This document shows, piece by piece, positions 1-13,910 of a stretch of 64,000 bases of DNA. The stretch's first letter is position 1; every line of letters begins with the position of its first letter. Below the pieces are notes generated by a model that saw nothing but the letters and a program-made list of their open reading frames with translations, had not been told where the DNA came from and did no database searches. The stretch comes from Octopus sinensis. Lineage: Eukaryota. The stretch lies in the NCBI RefSeq assembly GCF_006345805.1, contig NC_043000.1, positions 156,922,001 through 156,986,000 on the forward strand, given 5' to 3'. Both the position numbers and the translations under genes were made by a program.

Positions 1-286
1 AGTGTTTTGAATGAAGCATGCATGATCTTGTAACTTTGAGATTTTAATGACGTAACAGTTCATTTATAGAATGACATTGTAAGGTAGGTGTAAGAGGTTA
101 GATCTGGCCAGCTTGAACATAAAACAGGTAGAAAATTTGAACTGGATACTAGAAGGTTAAACTGCTATCTTTACTGAGCTTTGTTTTTTTTTTGTTATTG
201 TTTATATTTTGCTTTAAAGCAGTGAGCTGGCAGAATTGTTAGCATAAAGGATTATTATTATTATTATTATTATTATTATTGATTAT

Positions 287-826
287 GAGAGCATTCATGC
301 CATCAATGAAATGACATGGGGTTAAATATACGAAGCCCATATACCCATCATGACTACCCGTCTGATAATTACACCAGGCACATGCATCACAACCTAATGT
401 GCGCACATGGTGATCTCATATCAAGATAAACAGCACATGACCTTGCAGGTGGGCCCATTATGAATTTTCTTCATGTTGAGTAGCCCATCCTGCTCAAAAT
501 GTCCCTGAATAATGGTTGATTTAGGATGTTGACGAAACCCTATGTTTCCAGAGGTGAATTTTCAACCCCAATAATCCCTCTCACACATAGCCATGATGCT
601 CCCCCACTACTTCTGATCGTGATCAGAGATGCCATATCGTCAGCCACTAAGGACATTATTATGCTCAATGGTTATGCCAACAACTGACAAGCAAATCTGT
701 GGTATTGAGCAGAATATTTGCTGTAGCCATCTTTTATACCAAGACAAAACAATGTTACATGATAACACTTCCAATCATTAAGATCAGAAGCCATGAGAGC
801 CACTGCCTGTACTGCATCAGGCATTT
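287..826. mobile_element. Unclassified ~540-bp interspersed-repeat-like unit embedded in (ATT)n
   Basis: Complex non-coding sequence sharply bounded by (ATT)n tracts on both sides. It resembles a dispersed octopus repeat from memory, but is single-copy in this window. Confidence 0.35.
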
Positions 827-1119
827 TATTATTATTATATTATGATTATGATTATGATTATTATGATTATGATTATGATTATTATGATTATCATTATGAT
901 TATCATTATGATTATTATTATTATTATATTATTATTATTATGATTATGATTATGATTATTATGATTATGATTATGATTATTATGATTATTAATTATATTA
1001 TATTATTATTATTATTATGATTATGATTATGAATTTATGATTATGATTATGATTATGATTATTATTGATTATGATTATTATTATTATTATTATTATTTTA
1101 TGATTATGATTATGAATTA

Positions 1120-1155
<36 letters not shown>

Positions 1156-1290
1156 GATTATGATTATTATGATTATGATTTGATTATTATTATTATTATT
1201 ATTATTATGATTATTATTATTATTATGATTATTATTAATGATTTATTATTGATTATGATTATTATTATTATTATTATTCTTATTATTATA
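826..1290. repeat. (ATT)n/(ATTATG)n microsatellite
   Basis: Directly visible; source of spurious poly-Y/I ORFs. Confidence 0.95.
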
Positions 1291-1510
1291 TTCATAGTTT
1301 TATTTTTATAGCGTGCTTTCACTTCACTACCGAGCGCAGCTCTGTGTGCCTGGGTATGTGCTGTGATTTGTTGTGATGCTCTGATGGTTATTGTATGGAA
1401 AGTGTTCTGCGTAGGATGTGTGCAGTGCCTAGTAGTGCAATTTTCTGTATGTTATATGTGTTTGTAAGTCCTGGTGTTTTTGTTATGTATTTGTCTGAAT
1501 ATTTTGAATT
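1291..1510 (-). mobile_element. 3' fragment of R4/Dong-like site-specific non-LTR retrotransposon
   Basis: Minus strand reads KYSDKYITKTPGLTNTYNIQKIALLGTAHILRRTLSIQ*, the typical C-terminus of restriction-like-endonuclease R4/Dong ORFs. A short 3' UTR follows; the fragment is flanked by (TAA)n, the known Dong target. Confidence 0.75.
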
Positions 1511-1589
1511 ATTATTATTATTATTACTACTACTACTACTACTACTACTACTGCTACTACTACTACTGCTGCTGCTGCTACTACTACTA

Positions 1590-1645
<56 letters not shown>

Positions 1646-1692
1646 TTATTATTATTATTATTATTATTATATTTATTATTATTATTATTATA
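1505..1692. repeat. (ATT)/(ACT)/(GCT) compound microsatellite
   Basis: Directly visible. Confidence 0.95.
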
Positions 1693-1697
1693 AAACT

Positions 1698-1912
1698 CTG
1701 AGCTAGCAGAATTGTTAGCAGGCCAGACAAAATGGTTAGCAGTATTTCATCCGTCATTACATACTAAGTTCAAATTTTGTTGAGGTCAACTTTGCCCTTC
1801 ATTTTTTCCAAGTTGATAAAATAAGTACCAGTTGAACAGAAGGGTCCATTTAATCAACTTCGCCCCTCTCCCGAAATTACTGGCCTTGTGCCAAAATTAG
1901 AAACCATTATTT
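1698..1912 (+). mobile_element. SINE family B, old CpG-decayed copy
   Basis: Colinear with intact B copies (gagctggcagaa...gagttcaaattccgccgaggtcgactttgcc...gataaa.taagtaccag); most CpGs are converted to TG/CA. Confidence 0.75.
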
Positions 1913-2394
1913 CTCTCCTGTTCTGCCCTGCCCTGTCCTGCTATGTTGAGAAAAGCCTTGATAGTAATATAAATTACTCTGAAGAGATGAAGAGAAAGGC
2001 AAGGTCTTATGCATTGTTGACCATTTTGGCCTTACCCCTACCAACATTGATTACTATGCATGCAACCACACACACATACACACATCATTCTTTGTTTCAA
2101 CAAAGACACCATCCCCACTCACACAGAAATACTCACAAATCACAGAAACACACTTTGTTGTTTTAACACTTTCTGATTTAATTGAATTTAACAGTTCATT
2201 TTGCCTTCTTTGTCGGATGCATTTTAACATAAACTAACATCTTTGTTTAGTGGAATTTTGTATTAATTACAAAAAAAATAAACCAACACTTTTTTGACAT
2301 AATTATATTAAATTAGATAGCTGGTATATATGGACATACATACATACATATACATATGTGTGGTGTGTGTGTGTATATATATATATATACACAT

Positions 2395-2428
<34 letters not shown>

Positions 2429-2744
2429 GGAGCAATAAGGAAATGGAGGGGATCAATAGGTATTCTGATGAACCACCTATTGTTCCCCTCCATTTTCTTA
2501 TTGCTCTATAAATTAATGGTAAAATATCTCTTTACCTTCACCCATTTAGTATACTCTGTAATGTAATTGCAATGCAATAAAAAATACTTGTGTATTAATA
2601 ATTGGGTATTCTACCAGCAGTATATTGGATAGATTTTATCCCTTAATGGGTTGGATTCACAACCTCTAACTTTCTTTGTATATATATATATACATACATA
2701 CATATATACATATATAAATGTGTGTGTGTATATATATATATATA

Positions 2745-3275
2745 TAAAACTTAGATATGTTTCGACTGAAGATTGGTCCAGGCCATGTCTAACTTAATAG
2801 CACCACCTGATAGGATTATCTAAATCCTTTTTAAGTCAAGTTTTGTTTATGGTCCATTCAAGTAGTGAGTTCTTATTGAGTGAGTTGTATCCAGGTATAG
2901 GTGGCTTATCTGGTATTCCTTGAAGAAACTTGTCCAGATTTCATTTAAAGGTGATGGGATCCTTTTCCTCTTTGATCAGTTTTGGGACAATGTTAAACAG
3001 GGCAGGGCCTGTTGAGGAAAATAAATGTTGCAGAGTGGCTATATGTTGTGATCCTAAATAGGGCAGGGGACATGTGGCCCGTGGTTCCAGCCTTGGATGA
3101 GCCTTGAAACTAATGTTCAGGTCGTTTGGGCAATGTTGGTGGTATATTCTCTACATCGTGCAAATGATGTACTGCTCGCGGTGGTGCTGGAGAGAGTAGA
3201 GTTTCAAGGCTTTAAGGCGGTCCCAATAATCGAGATCAGTCATGCCCTTAATTCATTTAGTGAGTGCCCTCTGGG
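2745..3275 (-). mobile_element. CR1/L2-group LINE, 3' end of ORF2 (decayed)
   Basis: Minus strand reads QRALTK*IKGMTDLDYWDRLKALKLYSLQHHREQY...GPALFNIVPKLIKEEKDPITFK*NLDKFLQGIPDKP with in-frame stops; matches the post-RT C-terminal motif of CR1-type LINEs. Confidence 0.8.
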
Positions 3276-3296
3276 ATATATACATATACACATTAT

Positions 3297-3338
<42 letters not shown>

Positions 3339-3367
3339 ATATACATATCCAACTACATATATATATA

Positions 3368-4168
3368 TAGGGTGCGGTGAATATATTGTCTAAATTATGC
3401 AAAAATGAAAATAACACTCACATCTCATTTTGACAGATATATTAACCAAAATTACATAAAAATATCTTGAAATACTGAAGAGTAAATTTATTCAATAAAT
3501 TTCTTTTCTGGATGGTCTCCTTGTTTAGGTTGGTGAATGCTGTGATAACACTTGCCTTCAGTTCATCTTTGGTGTTACAAGGAGTTTTGCTGATCTCTCA
3601 CTCAACTGCACTCCACACATAATAATCAAGTGGGTTGTAGTTTGGAGAGTTAGGTAGCCAGATGTTAGGGGTGGTGCGGTCACAGAAATTGTCTGACAGC
3701 CATGACTGGGTTCTCCTGCCTGTGTGGCATGGTGCAGAGTCCTGTTGCCAGACACTGGGTCTTTCAGCAGCCACTTCTTGGCCCAGGGCAGCACTACCTC
3801 CTCCACACACTTAATGTAGGCCTCTGTGTTGAGAAGATGAACGAAAGCGTAACATTGTCATCACTAGTGATCACTCCAAGCACCATGATGTTGACTGGAT
3901 GTTTACATGTCCTCAGATTGCAATGTCCTTAAATTGACATCCAAGCACTCTAAAATGTTCATATCAAAGCTTCCAGCATGAATGCCAAGCAGTACAGCAT
4001 GTCGTTTCCAAATTTCTGGCAGAGAGAATTGCATCATGGAACTCTTTTTCTCACAGACAGTGCCCAACTAACTCTACTATACTGTGTAGTTGACAAAATC
4101 ACAAACAAAGAATTCACATCTGCAACATTAGAAATATAAAATGGCGACAAGTTACCCATCGCACTCTG
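3368..4168 (-). mobile_element. Internally deleted Tc1/mariner (maT/DD37D-like) transposon
   Basis: Transposase motifs WQQDSAPCH and WLPNSPNYNPLDYYVWSAVE on the minus strand. Imperfect TIRs tagggtgcggtg (3368) and cagagtgcgatg (rc at 4168), with TA on both flanks. Confidence 0.85.
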
Positions 4169-4199
<31 letters not shown>

Positions 4200-4580
4200 C
4201 ACACACACACATATATGTTCACATACACTCATTCTTTATACATACATATCTCTGGGATGTATTTCTTTGGATTGACATGTATGGATTGACATGTATGGAT
4301 TAAATACTCCAGCGACAGTTCATCATTGGAAAAAGCATATAGTATTTTGTGAGTGGGGTGAGTTTTCATCACAAGCTGGTGATTAACACATGCTGAAGAT
4401 GAGTAACCATCCAGAAGCTCGAGTCCGTGTGTATCATGTAAGGCTAAGGGATGGGAGGAATGACCTCTCCTCACAAATATGTATCAGACACAGAAAGTGA
4501 GTCATTAGCCAGCTGGAGGAGATGTCTTACTGGTGCTATAAACGCCAGTAGCACTGTCCTGTATAGGATGCCACACTTGG

Positions 4581-4995
4581 TTACTCTTACTCTTTACTCT
4601 TTTACTTGTTTCAGTCATTTGACTGCGGCCATGCTGGAGCACCGCCTTTAATCGAGCAACTCGACCCCAGGACTTATTCTTTTGTAAGCCCAGTACTTAT
4701 TCTATCGGTCTCTTTTGCCGAGCCGCTAAGTAACGGGGATGTAAACACACCAGCATCGGTTGTCAAGCAATGCTAGGGGGACAAACACAGACACACAAAC
4801 ATACACGCACACACATATATATACATATATACGACGGGCTTCTTTCAGTTTCCGTCTACCAAATCCACTCACAAGGCATTGGTCGGCCCGGGGCTATAGC
4901 AGAGGGCACTTGCCCAAGGTGCCATGCAGTGGGACTGAACCTGGAACCATGTGGTTGGTTAGCAAGCTACTTACCACACAGCCACTCCTGCGCCT
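4581..4995 (-). mobile_element. tRNA-derived SINE family A
   Basis: Head ggcgcaggagtggctgtgtgg (A box)...GGTTCAGTCC (B box), internal (TA)n(TG)n, tail gaaacaagtaaaagag; about 20 near-identical copies in the window. Confidence 0.92.
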
Positions 4996-6076
4996 ATATA
5001 TATATATATATACTGTATGTGTGTGTTTGTATATATGTGTAATATTGTAATGTTATATCATCATCATTATTTAATGTCCATTTTCCATGTCCACATGGGT
5101 TGAATGATTAAACAGAATCTGATGAGCCACAGGGAAGCATTGATTTCCAATATTACCTTTGGTATGGTTTCCACTGCTCTATATTCTTCCTAATTCCAAT
5201 CACATTACATATGTACAAGATATTTGTTAGGTATGTACAAGGTATTTGTTTCATGACATCAGTGCCACTCCAGTGAAGTCACCAAGTAACTGACAAGAAA
5301 TTAAGAATAAAAGAAAACCCTTCCTTGACTTATGGCGTTGTTTTTGAGCAAGGCTGAGGTAGTTTTATCCCAGGTATTGAGTGAATAGCTAAAGCATGAT
5401 AGAGAAATGAGCACAAGTGTCTTGCTATAGACGTGATACATTGCTACTTGACATTATGTATGTGGGTGGGAGTAGTTGAAAAGAAGGTAGGGGTGGTAGT
5501 GACTGAGATTCTAGAGAATCTCAAGATATGAGAATACATGAACAGTGTATCGGGAAGTAGGTGGGTAATTTTATGAGTGTCAGATGGGAGTAACAGATGG
5601 TTAAAGCTAGGAATAGAGATGAATATAGTGAGTGATGAACAAGGACAGAGGTAGGGTTGATGAGAAATATCAGTATGGAAGTTGATAAGGTGAGTTGAAA
5701 GAGACAGATGTGGTTCAGTAAGGAGGATAGATGAGAACATAGATGGATGATGTGCAAGATGATGTACAGTGATGGAGATGGAGGTCAGAGGTACATAAGG
5801 GTGGCTATCAGGAGTTGTCTGTCAACAGCAGTGGAACATTGATGGGGAATATGAGAAGACATTGAAATGATAGCAAGTATAAGAGCTGTAAAAACTGAGG
5901 TGTGGCAATTCTAAGATGTAACCCAGAGAAGAGGGAAAGATAAGTGAAGGCAAGGATGGGAGTGATAGGGGAAAGATCGTACAGGGAAAGGATGATAATG
6001 AGTAAGAAGAATGGATGCTAAGGGGGAGTGTCAACTGATAGCTTCACACACACACACACACATAGACACATGCACA

Positions 6077-6125
<49 letters not shown>

Positions 6126-6393
6126 ACACACATGCACTCAGAATTACACATCAAAGGATTGGTATGTGGCCTTGTGGCTATGAATTTCCCTTTGGAGCCA
6201 CATGGTTCTGGATCCAGTATACGTATAAGTACATATACATACATACCTACCAGGTATGCATGCATACTTATATGTATACATATATAGACACATACATGTA
6301 TATATATATAAATTTATATATATATATTGTGTGTGTGTGTGTGTATGTATATATATGTATTTATGTGTGTATATATATATATACATATATATA

Positions 6394-6425
<32 letters not shown>

Positions 6426-6427
6426 AT

Positions 6428-6459
<32 letters not shown>

Positions 6460-6759
6460 CATGTATTTATATTATATCATATGTTCGATCTTCATATAAT
6501 TGTGTACATATATAAATGTATGTGTATACATGTATGTGTTGTAATGAATTATTTAATTATATTCATGTAGCTTACACACACACCACACGATAGATATAGA
6601 TATATATTATATAATTGTATATGTAAGTGTGTGTATATATATGTGAGTGTGTGTGTGTGTGTGTGTGTGCATTTGTGTGTGTGTATGAGTGTGTGAGCCT
6701 GTGTGTGTGTGTGTTTGTAGAATTTCTTCTCTTCTCCAATATTCCAGGTCTTCGTTCCA

Positions 6760-6985
6760 ATCTAAATCCCATTCATCATCTCTTACCCTCACGCACACCA
6801 GTCAATGTTTCCCTCCCTGACATGGATCCATCACCTGGCCATCAGTGAATAAGGACTCCCAGCTATTCTGGATCAAAGTCTCTGTTTGTCACTCCCCTAA
6901 ATACACCTGCGCTCTCTATATCTCTCCTAACCCCTAAACCACGAGCCTCCCTTCAATTATATCTTCTGTTGCATTCGGGGTGGGG
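6760..6985 (+). mobile_element. Possible ancient Penelope-like RT fragment
   Basis: Translation DMDPSPGHQ*I...SLLTPKPRASLQLYLLLH loosely resembles the PLE motif DPTxxHQ...PxPRxxxFYLLPKIH; heavily decayed. Confidence 0.3.
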
Positions 6986-7175
6986 TGCTATAATTTACAC
7001 ACATACACACACGCATGCATGTATATATATATAAATCCTTAAAAATGTTTTAGCCTGAAGACCGCGGCCATGCTGGGGCACCACCGCTGAATGAACTACA
7101 CTAATATGTGAATCCACCTCTGATACGTGGCACTTGATCTACAAGGGAGTTCGATGCTATAATATAGATATATAT

Positions 7176-7570
7176 ATTCTTTTATTCTTTTACTTGTTTG
7201 ACTGCAGCCATGCTGGAGCACTGCCTTGAAGGGTTTTAGTCGAAGAAATCGACCCACGGACTTATTGCTTGTTATCTTGGTTTTTATTCTATTGGTTCCT
7301 ATTGCCGAACTGCTAAGCTACGGGGACCTAAACTCACCAGCATCGGTTGTCAAATTATGGCAGAGGGGCAAACACAGACACATAACACCATAACACACAT
7401 ACACACACACATATATGACAGGTTTCTTGTTGACCAAATCCACTCACAAGGCTTTAGTCGGCCCGAGGCTATAGTAGAAAATACTTGCACAAGGTGTCAC
7501 GCAGTGGGACTGAATCCGGAACCATGTGGTTGGTAAGCAAGCTACTTACCACACAGCCACTCCTGCACCT
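7176..7570 (-). mobile_element. SINE family A, older diverged copy
   Basis: Colinear with family A from tail to head. Confidence 0.85.
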
Positions 7571-7799
7571 ATAATACACACACCCACACACACACATATA
7601 TATATATAATACATGTAACATATATATATCTATGGTTGTGTTTGTGTGTGTATGTATATATATATATATTATATGTAACATATATATATATTTATTATGT
7701 GTATGTTTGTATATTATACAATATAGATAATAGATATATAGAGATATATATTCATATATTTATTTATTTATATATATGTATGTATGTATACAAGAGATA

Positions 7800-8262
7800 G
7801 ATGATAGACAGATAGAGAGATACATGTACATACATACATGAATAATACATACATACATACACAACCACACACCCATCTACATACATACACACAACATACA
7901 TCACATACATACATCTACATACACACACACACACACACATACATACATACATACATACATACATACATACACACACACACATACATACATACATACATAC
8001 ATACATACACATACATACATACATACATACATACATACATACCATACATACATCACATACATAAATACACACACATACATACATACATACATACATACAT
8101 ACACCAACACACATACATACATACATACATACATACATACACACACACATACATATACATACATCACACATACATACACATACAATACATACAACATACA
8201 TACACACACACATACATAAGACATACATACATACATACATACATACACATACATACATTCAT

Positions 8263-8293
<31 letters not shown>

Positions 8294-8839
8294 TACATAC
8301 ATACATACATACATACATGCATACATACATACATACACAACCACACACACACATACATACATACATACATACATACATAATACATACATACATAACACAC
8401 CACACATACATAATACATACATACATACATACATACAAACAATACATACATAATACATACATACATGCATGCATGCATGCATGCATGCATACATACATAC
8501 ATACATACATACATACATACATACATACACACACACACATACATACATACATACATACATACATACATAATACATACACACACACAACCTACATACATAC
8601 ATACATACATACATGCATGCATGCATGCATGCATACATACATACATAACATACAACATACACACACACACACACACATACATACATACATACATGAATGC
8701 ATGCATGCATACACACACATACATACATACATACATACATACACATACATACATACCAACATACATACATACATACAACATACACACATATACATACATT
8801 ACATACATACATACACACACACTACATACATACATACAT

Positions 8840-8870
<31 letters not shown>

Positions 8871-9122
8871 TACTACATTAACATACATACATACATACAT
8901 GCATGCATGCATGCATAATACATACATACACATACATACATACATACAACACACAACATACATAACATACATACATACATACATACATACATGCATACAT
9001 ACATACATACATACATACATACATACATACATACATACCACACACACACACATCATACATACATACATACATACACACACACATACATACATACATACAT
9101 ACATACATACACACACACACAT

Positions 9123-9153
<31 letters not shown>

Positions 9154-9206
9154 TACATACATACATACATACATACATACATACATACATACATACATAC
9201 ATACAT
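7800..9206. repeat. ~1.4-kb (CATA)n microsatellite with (CA)n and (CATG)n interruptions
   Basis: Directly visible; source of the HTYI/MYVC ORFs. Confidence 0.97.
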
Positions 9207-9779
9207 AGCGAATTGGTGTCGTTAGAACTTCACTGTTTTTGTTCCAAATCTCTGCGTTCAGAATTCCAATCCCGCTGAGGTCAAACTTTACTTTTCCTCT
9301 TTTTGTACTCAATACAAGGTACTTATCTAAAGCAGTGGGTTGGCGGGTTTGTAGGAACTTCGGACCGGATACCTTTTGGTATTTGTTCCGTTTCTTTGCT
9401 TTCTGAATTATAATCTGGCTACGATGTACTTGTTTGGTAATCTCAACCCTTTGCCTGGTTTAACACCACCAGCTGGTACTTTGGACGCCTTAAGCAGAGT
9501 CTAATCAGTTGCAAGAATTCAGTTCAGGTTTCTAGTTTGAGGTTTCTCACACCAGTCTAGGAGGTCCTATATCAAGTCATGGACATTACCTTCCTCACTT
9601 ACTGAAAGATTAAAAAGAAATGAAAGTGACAAAAAAAAAAAAAAAAGAAATACCATTCTTCGAAGGTATTTTTCTCAGTGACTGTAACATTTACGATTCC
9701 TTCTGATTTCCTCATTTATCCCACATCGATGCTGCCGGTGCAAAAACTGAGTAATTTACAATCTTCAACTCTCTTTATA

Positions 9780-10000
9780 AACTCCAGCCCTACATGCATC
9801 CCCCGATCAACATTCAGACACTCCAAATATCCTTGATCTCTTTCTAACCTCCAAACCTAGTCGATATAAAAATATAATTGTCACCGCACCTATCGAATCA
9901 TTCAGCCACAACCTCATTGCAAGTTCCCTACACACACATCCATAGACTATCTGCTGCGTAGTACGTTCCACAGCTGTTTGGCACTCCGCCAGTTTTATGC
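9780..10000 (+). mobile_element. LINE ORF2 APE-endonuclease fragment (decayed)
   Basis: Translation PTCIPDQHSDTPNILDLFLTSKPSRYKNIIVTAPIESFSHNLI matches the end of APE domains (PT..P...ILDLFLT...PLGxSDHxLI). Confidence 0.55.
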
Positions 10001-10739
10001 CAATTAACTCTGGTAGCGAAAATATTTAATTCCTGACCCATCCAGAAACAGATAGATGTTTCCTAAGCATGTCCAACCATATTCTGCACTCAACAAAAAT
10101 CCAATGCTCCATGTTCCCCAGAGTGATTCACTCATAATTATGCTAAAACTGCTCAAGCAAACACAAATACCTACAACGTCAGGTGAACGTCAACCATCCT
10201 AAAAACTTGAGCGTTTCCTCAACGATGCAACATCTGTAATGCCATTTTCTAAACCTCAATAGATGACTTCATACACCTTACAGCCCTCAATCTATCAGGA
10301 GATCCAAGCTGCATAAAATCCTTTTCAATTTGTCAACATCACAACAATGATGGTTCTGTAAGTAGTACCGTCGCAGATGCTTCTATAAAAAGTACCCACG
10401 CAGATGTTTCTGTAAGTAGTACCATCTTTACTATCTCTTTCCCAACCAACTCTACACTTTACACATTTGGCAAATCTCCTCCAATTCTTTCCCCTTCTAT
10501 CCATTCACGCCCACCACCTCGAATACAGACATTCTTCCAGGCCGCGTATTTGAACTACGCCCAGAACGTCGAGTCTCTGGAATTCCTTCTCTGTTCATAT
10601 CTTTCCTGCAGATACTGACGTAAACAAAGATTTAAGAGAAACATTAATACCATCAGTGTCTTCAGTCTAAGAGGGCATGCAAAGGCTGTGGACACTGCTC
10701 CTTCATCCAGATCCAGCAAATAAAAGCTAGAGACCTTTG

Positions 10740-11230
10740 GCAACGATTAAGCTTGTTCGCATGATATTAGTACAATGTCGAAATTTCAGTACCGTAGAGA
10801 AAGACTGCACTGTAAACTTTAATTCGGTATCTATGCAAATAACAGGTTTGACATAATATCCTGAGCCACAGTCTTCCAAAAGTTGCACTCGCTCTTCTAA
10901 TAGGTAACGGCAGTTCAGCCGGCATTTGAGGGCAGCGTACTTGTAGGATATTCAAATGGTGACAGACGGTCGTGTGATAATCATACAGGCATTTCTCTAT
11001 TGTCAAATTGCCGGCAAAATCTTGGTGAGAATACCTCAGTTATTTAGTTTCTCCCCCACACCCTCCCATCATACATTCGCTACTTTATTCCTCTTACTCC
11101 ATTTCAGTTCTGCAAACGTCCTTTTCTCTACCCACTCCGTTGGTCATGTTGCTCTGAACAAACAGGAACAGCGTAGTGAAGACACCTTGTTTTGCAGTAT
11201 AGTGCAGCCTCATTTCATTTTTTTTGGAGT
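10740..11230 (-). mobile_element. RTE/BovB-like LINE RT fragment (decayed)
   Basis: Minus strand reads IRRASATFGRL...IKVYSAVFLYGTE, matching RTE motif ASxAFGRL...KVYxAVV..LLYGxE. Confidence 0.6.
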
Positions 11231-12324
11231 GGTCCACTATCAAAGAGTCTTAGGAAAATTAGCTGAAGTGGTTTAGCTACAGTCACAGAGTTTTGTCAAA
11301 AAGCCATTTAAACCAATTGTCGACGGTAGGTATTACAGATTTTTCTACTGAATGATTAATTATTTTACATAATTATCAAAGAAGATTGTAAGGTACCATT
11401 TTCACATTATAAATGTGTTCCACATTATTTGTGATGTAGAGGTCAAGAGAGTTATTGCTTCTTGTTGGATAGAACATCAACAATGAACAATATGTTAATG
11501 AGGTCAAGCAGAGATTCCGTGTCCTTGCGGTCATGCTGTGATATTCCTAATAGAATATACCCCTCGATGATTGACATTGAGATTTTTTGAAGTCATTTAG
11601 TAGGGATATGCTGTTCTCGCTTGGTTAATGCTTCAGAAATATTTATGGGGCTTTCCACAATTTTTTCAGTTATGTAGTATCTGGACAATACGTTGTATAT
11701 AACACTGCATTGTCTGTCATGAACCGTGTTCGATTGTAGCATCAACACTAAAGGTGCTGTGCTTTCATGAGCGTTCAAGAGAAATTTGTCACAATGTCTT
11801 CCTTATCTCTCAGAACTAAAGATGACAAAGTTTAGTAAGAACAATTCTGAAGTTGATGTATTTGCTGTCAGATTCATTTATTTTAGTTTTTCCAATCAAT
11901 TTATTCAACGCCAATGATAACTGGTGTTCAATTACTTTCGGCGAAGTAGAATATAGGATTATATATCGTAATCTATGTAATGTCGGTATAGCTGGAAAAC
12001 TAGGAGTGGTTATATGACTTTTTAAGGGCCAGATGTCAAGTTGTTGCAGTCAGCCGAACTTTTTCAAAAAAAAAGAAAACAAACAGAAACAAAGAAAACG
12101 CAGCAGTTCTGGGTGGAGTGCCTCAGAGAATTGGTTTGTGGAAATTGCCCATAGTTCGTTTAGACGCATGCAGTTATTAAAACAACCATCCATATAATTT
12201 ATTCTGATACCGAAATATAAAATGCAAGCAGTTGTCTTGGTGAAATTAACAACCTACGCAAAGATCTCAATGTCATATAAAAGAGGTAGTTTGGTGAAAA
12301 CCATAGGCAATATAACACTGTAAA

Positions 12325-12680
12325 ATGCGAGCTGACAGAATCGTTAGAACGCCGGACAAAATGCTTAACTGCATTTCGTTCGTCTTTACGTTCTGAGTTC
12401 AAAATCTGCCGAGGTGAACTTTTTTTTTTTTTTCTCTAGTTTCAGCTCAGAGCTGCGGCCATGCTGATGCACCGCCGTTAAGATGGAAAGCTAAGTTGAC
12501 CTTAGCAGGATTTGAACTCAGAATGTAAAGCACCAGAACAAATATCATAAAACCGTTCTTCTGATGCTCTAATCGCTGCACCAGCTCTTTCATCCTTTCA
12601 AAGTTGATAAAATAAGTACCAGTAGAGCACTGGTATCGATGAAATAAAGTTACTCCTTCCCCAAAATTTGAAATTAATAA
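12325..12680. mobile_element. Cluster of SINE B fragments plus a 48-bp SINE A-type 3' stub
   Basis: gagctgacagaatcgttag...gagttcaaaatctgccgagg at 12329-12420; further B pieces follow to 12680. Confidence 0.65.
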
Positions 12681-13038
12681 ATTTCTAACCACTTTGATCT
12701 GTTTAAAACATTGCATCCCGAATACACAAGGCGAGGAAAGAGTGCAGTCTCACATTTCCAATGAGTGCAAAACCTGGGAATTATGATGAAATAATGAAAC
12801 ATTATTCCGTGTACACGTTGCTAAAATAGTAACCGTGTGCAAACGACCGGAAAGACGGGTCTTGAGAACATTTAGCTCAGGAGAAAAAGAAATCACGTTG
12901 GCTCTGTAGACGGTACTTGTTCTCATGCTTTGGTTTATTACCCTCAGCCAAGGTCGCCAAATAGTTGTAAGCCTGCTATGAAGTTGAAATCAATCTGACG
13001 GTTCTATCAATAAATAAAATAAAATAAAAGTATAGAAT

Positions 13039-13447
13039 AGGCGCAGGAGTGGCTGTGTGGTAAGTAGCTTATTTACAAACCACATGGTTCCGGGTTCAGT
13101 CCCACTGTGTGGCACCTTGGGCAAGTGTCTTCTACTATAGCCTCGGGCCGACCAAAGCCTTGTGAGTGGATTTGGTAGACGGAAACTGAAAGAAGCCCGT
13201 CGTATATATGTATATATATTTATGCGTGTGTGTGTTTGTGTGTCTGTGTCTGTCCCCCTAGCATTGCTTGACAACCGATGCTGGTGTGTTTACGTCCCCG
13301 TAACTTAGCGGTTCGGCAAAAGAGACCGATAGAATAAGTACTGGGCTTACAAAAGAGTAAATCCCGGGGTCGAGTTGCTCGATTAAAGGCGGTGCTCCAG
13401 CATGGCCGCAGTCAAATGACTGAAACAAGTAAAAGAGTAAAAAGAGA
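13039..13447 (+). mobile_element. SINE family A
   Basis: Full-length match to family A. Confidence 0.92.
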
Positions 13448-13676
13448 ATAAAAATGAATGGCTTTATGTAGTAACTGAACTACTGGAAAAGATTGAAAAC
13501 TTGAAGACTCTTCTCCTACGAACGACGAAACGTGATGAGATATGCATTATTTATTTATGAAATCACTTTTAAGTAGTATCACAAAAGGTTGACATTAAGT
13601 GTTTGCAAATCACTGAACTGAGCGAAAATATGGTACCTAAAGTTTTGCTTTCCTTCTCAGTCTATGATTAGGTACC

Positions 13677-13910
13677 TATTTCTTTACTACCCACAAGGGG
13701 CTAAACACAGAGAGGACAAACAAGGACAGACAAACGGATTAAGTCGATTATATCGACCCCAGTGCGTAACTGGTACTTAATTTATCGAACCCGAAAGGAT
13801 GAAAAGCAAAGTCGACCTCGGCGGAATTTGAACTCAGAACGTAGCGGCAGACGAAATACCGCTCAGCATTTCGCCCGGCGTACTAACGTTTCTGCCAGCT
13901 CGCCGCCTTA
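13677..13910 (-). mobile_element. SINE family B monomer with 16-bp TSD
   Basis: Full B unit; tctatgattaggtacc is duplicated at 13661-13676 and 13911-13926. Confidence 0.92.

Noticed and set aside
4760-5050. Recurring small ORF MSSNARGTNTDTQ...[23 protein letters not shown]...
   Set aside because: Antisense translation of SINE A found at many copies; not a gene family.
5115-5145. CTGATGAGCC hammerhead-like start
   Set aside because: No GAAA after a closable stem II.
5330-6040. Purine-rich stretch with minus-strand ORFs
   Set aside because: Possibly an ancient LINE, but no convincing motif in any frame.
7764-9312. Long ORFs (up to 305 aa) of MYVC/HTYI repeats
   Set aside because: Stop-free translations of (CATA)n/(TATG)n; the same applies at 18-19.7, 25.7-26.1, 40.4-41.1 and 51.1-51.7 kb.
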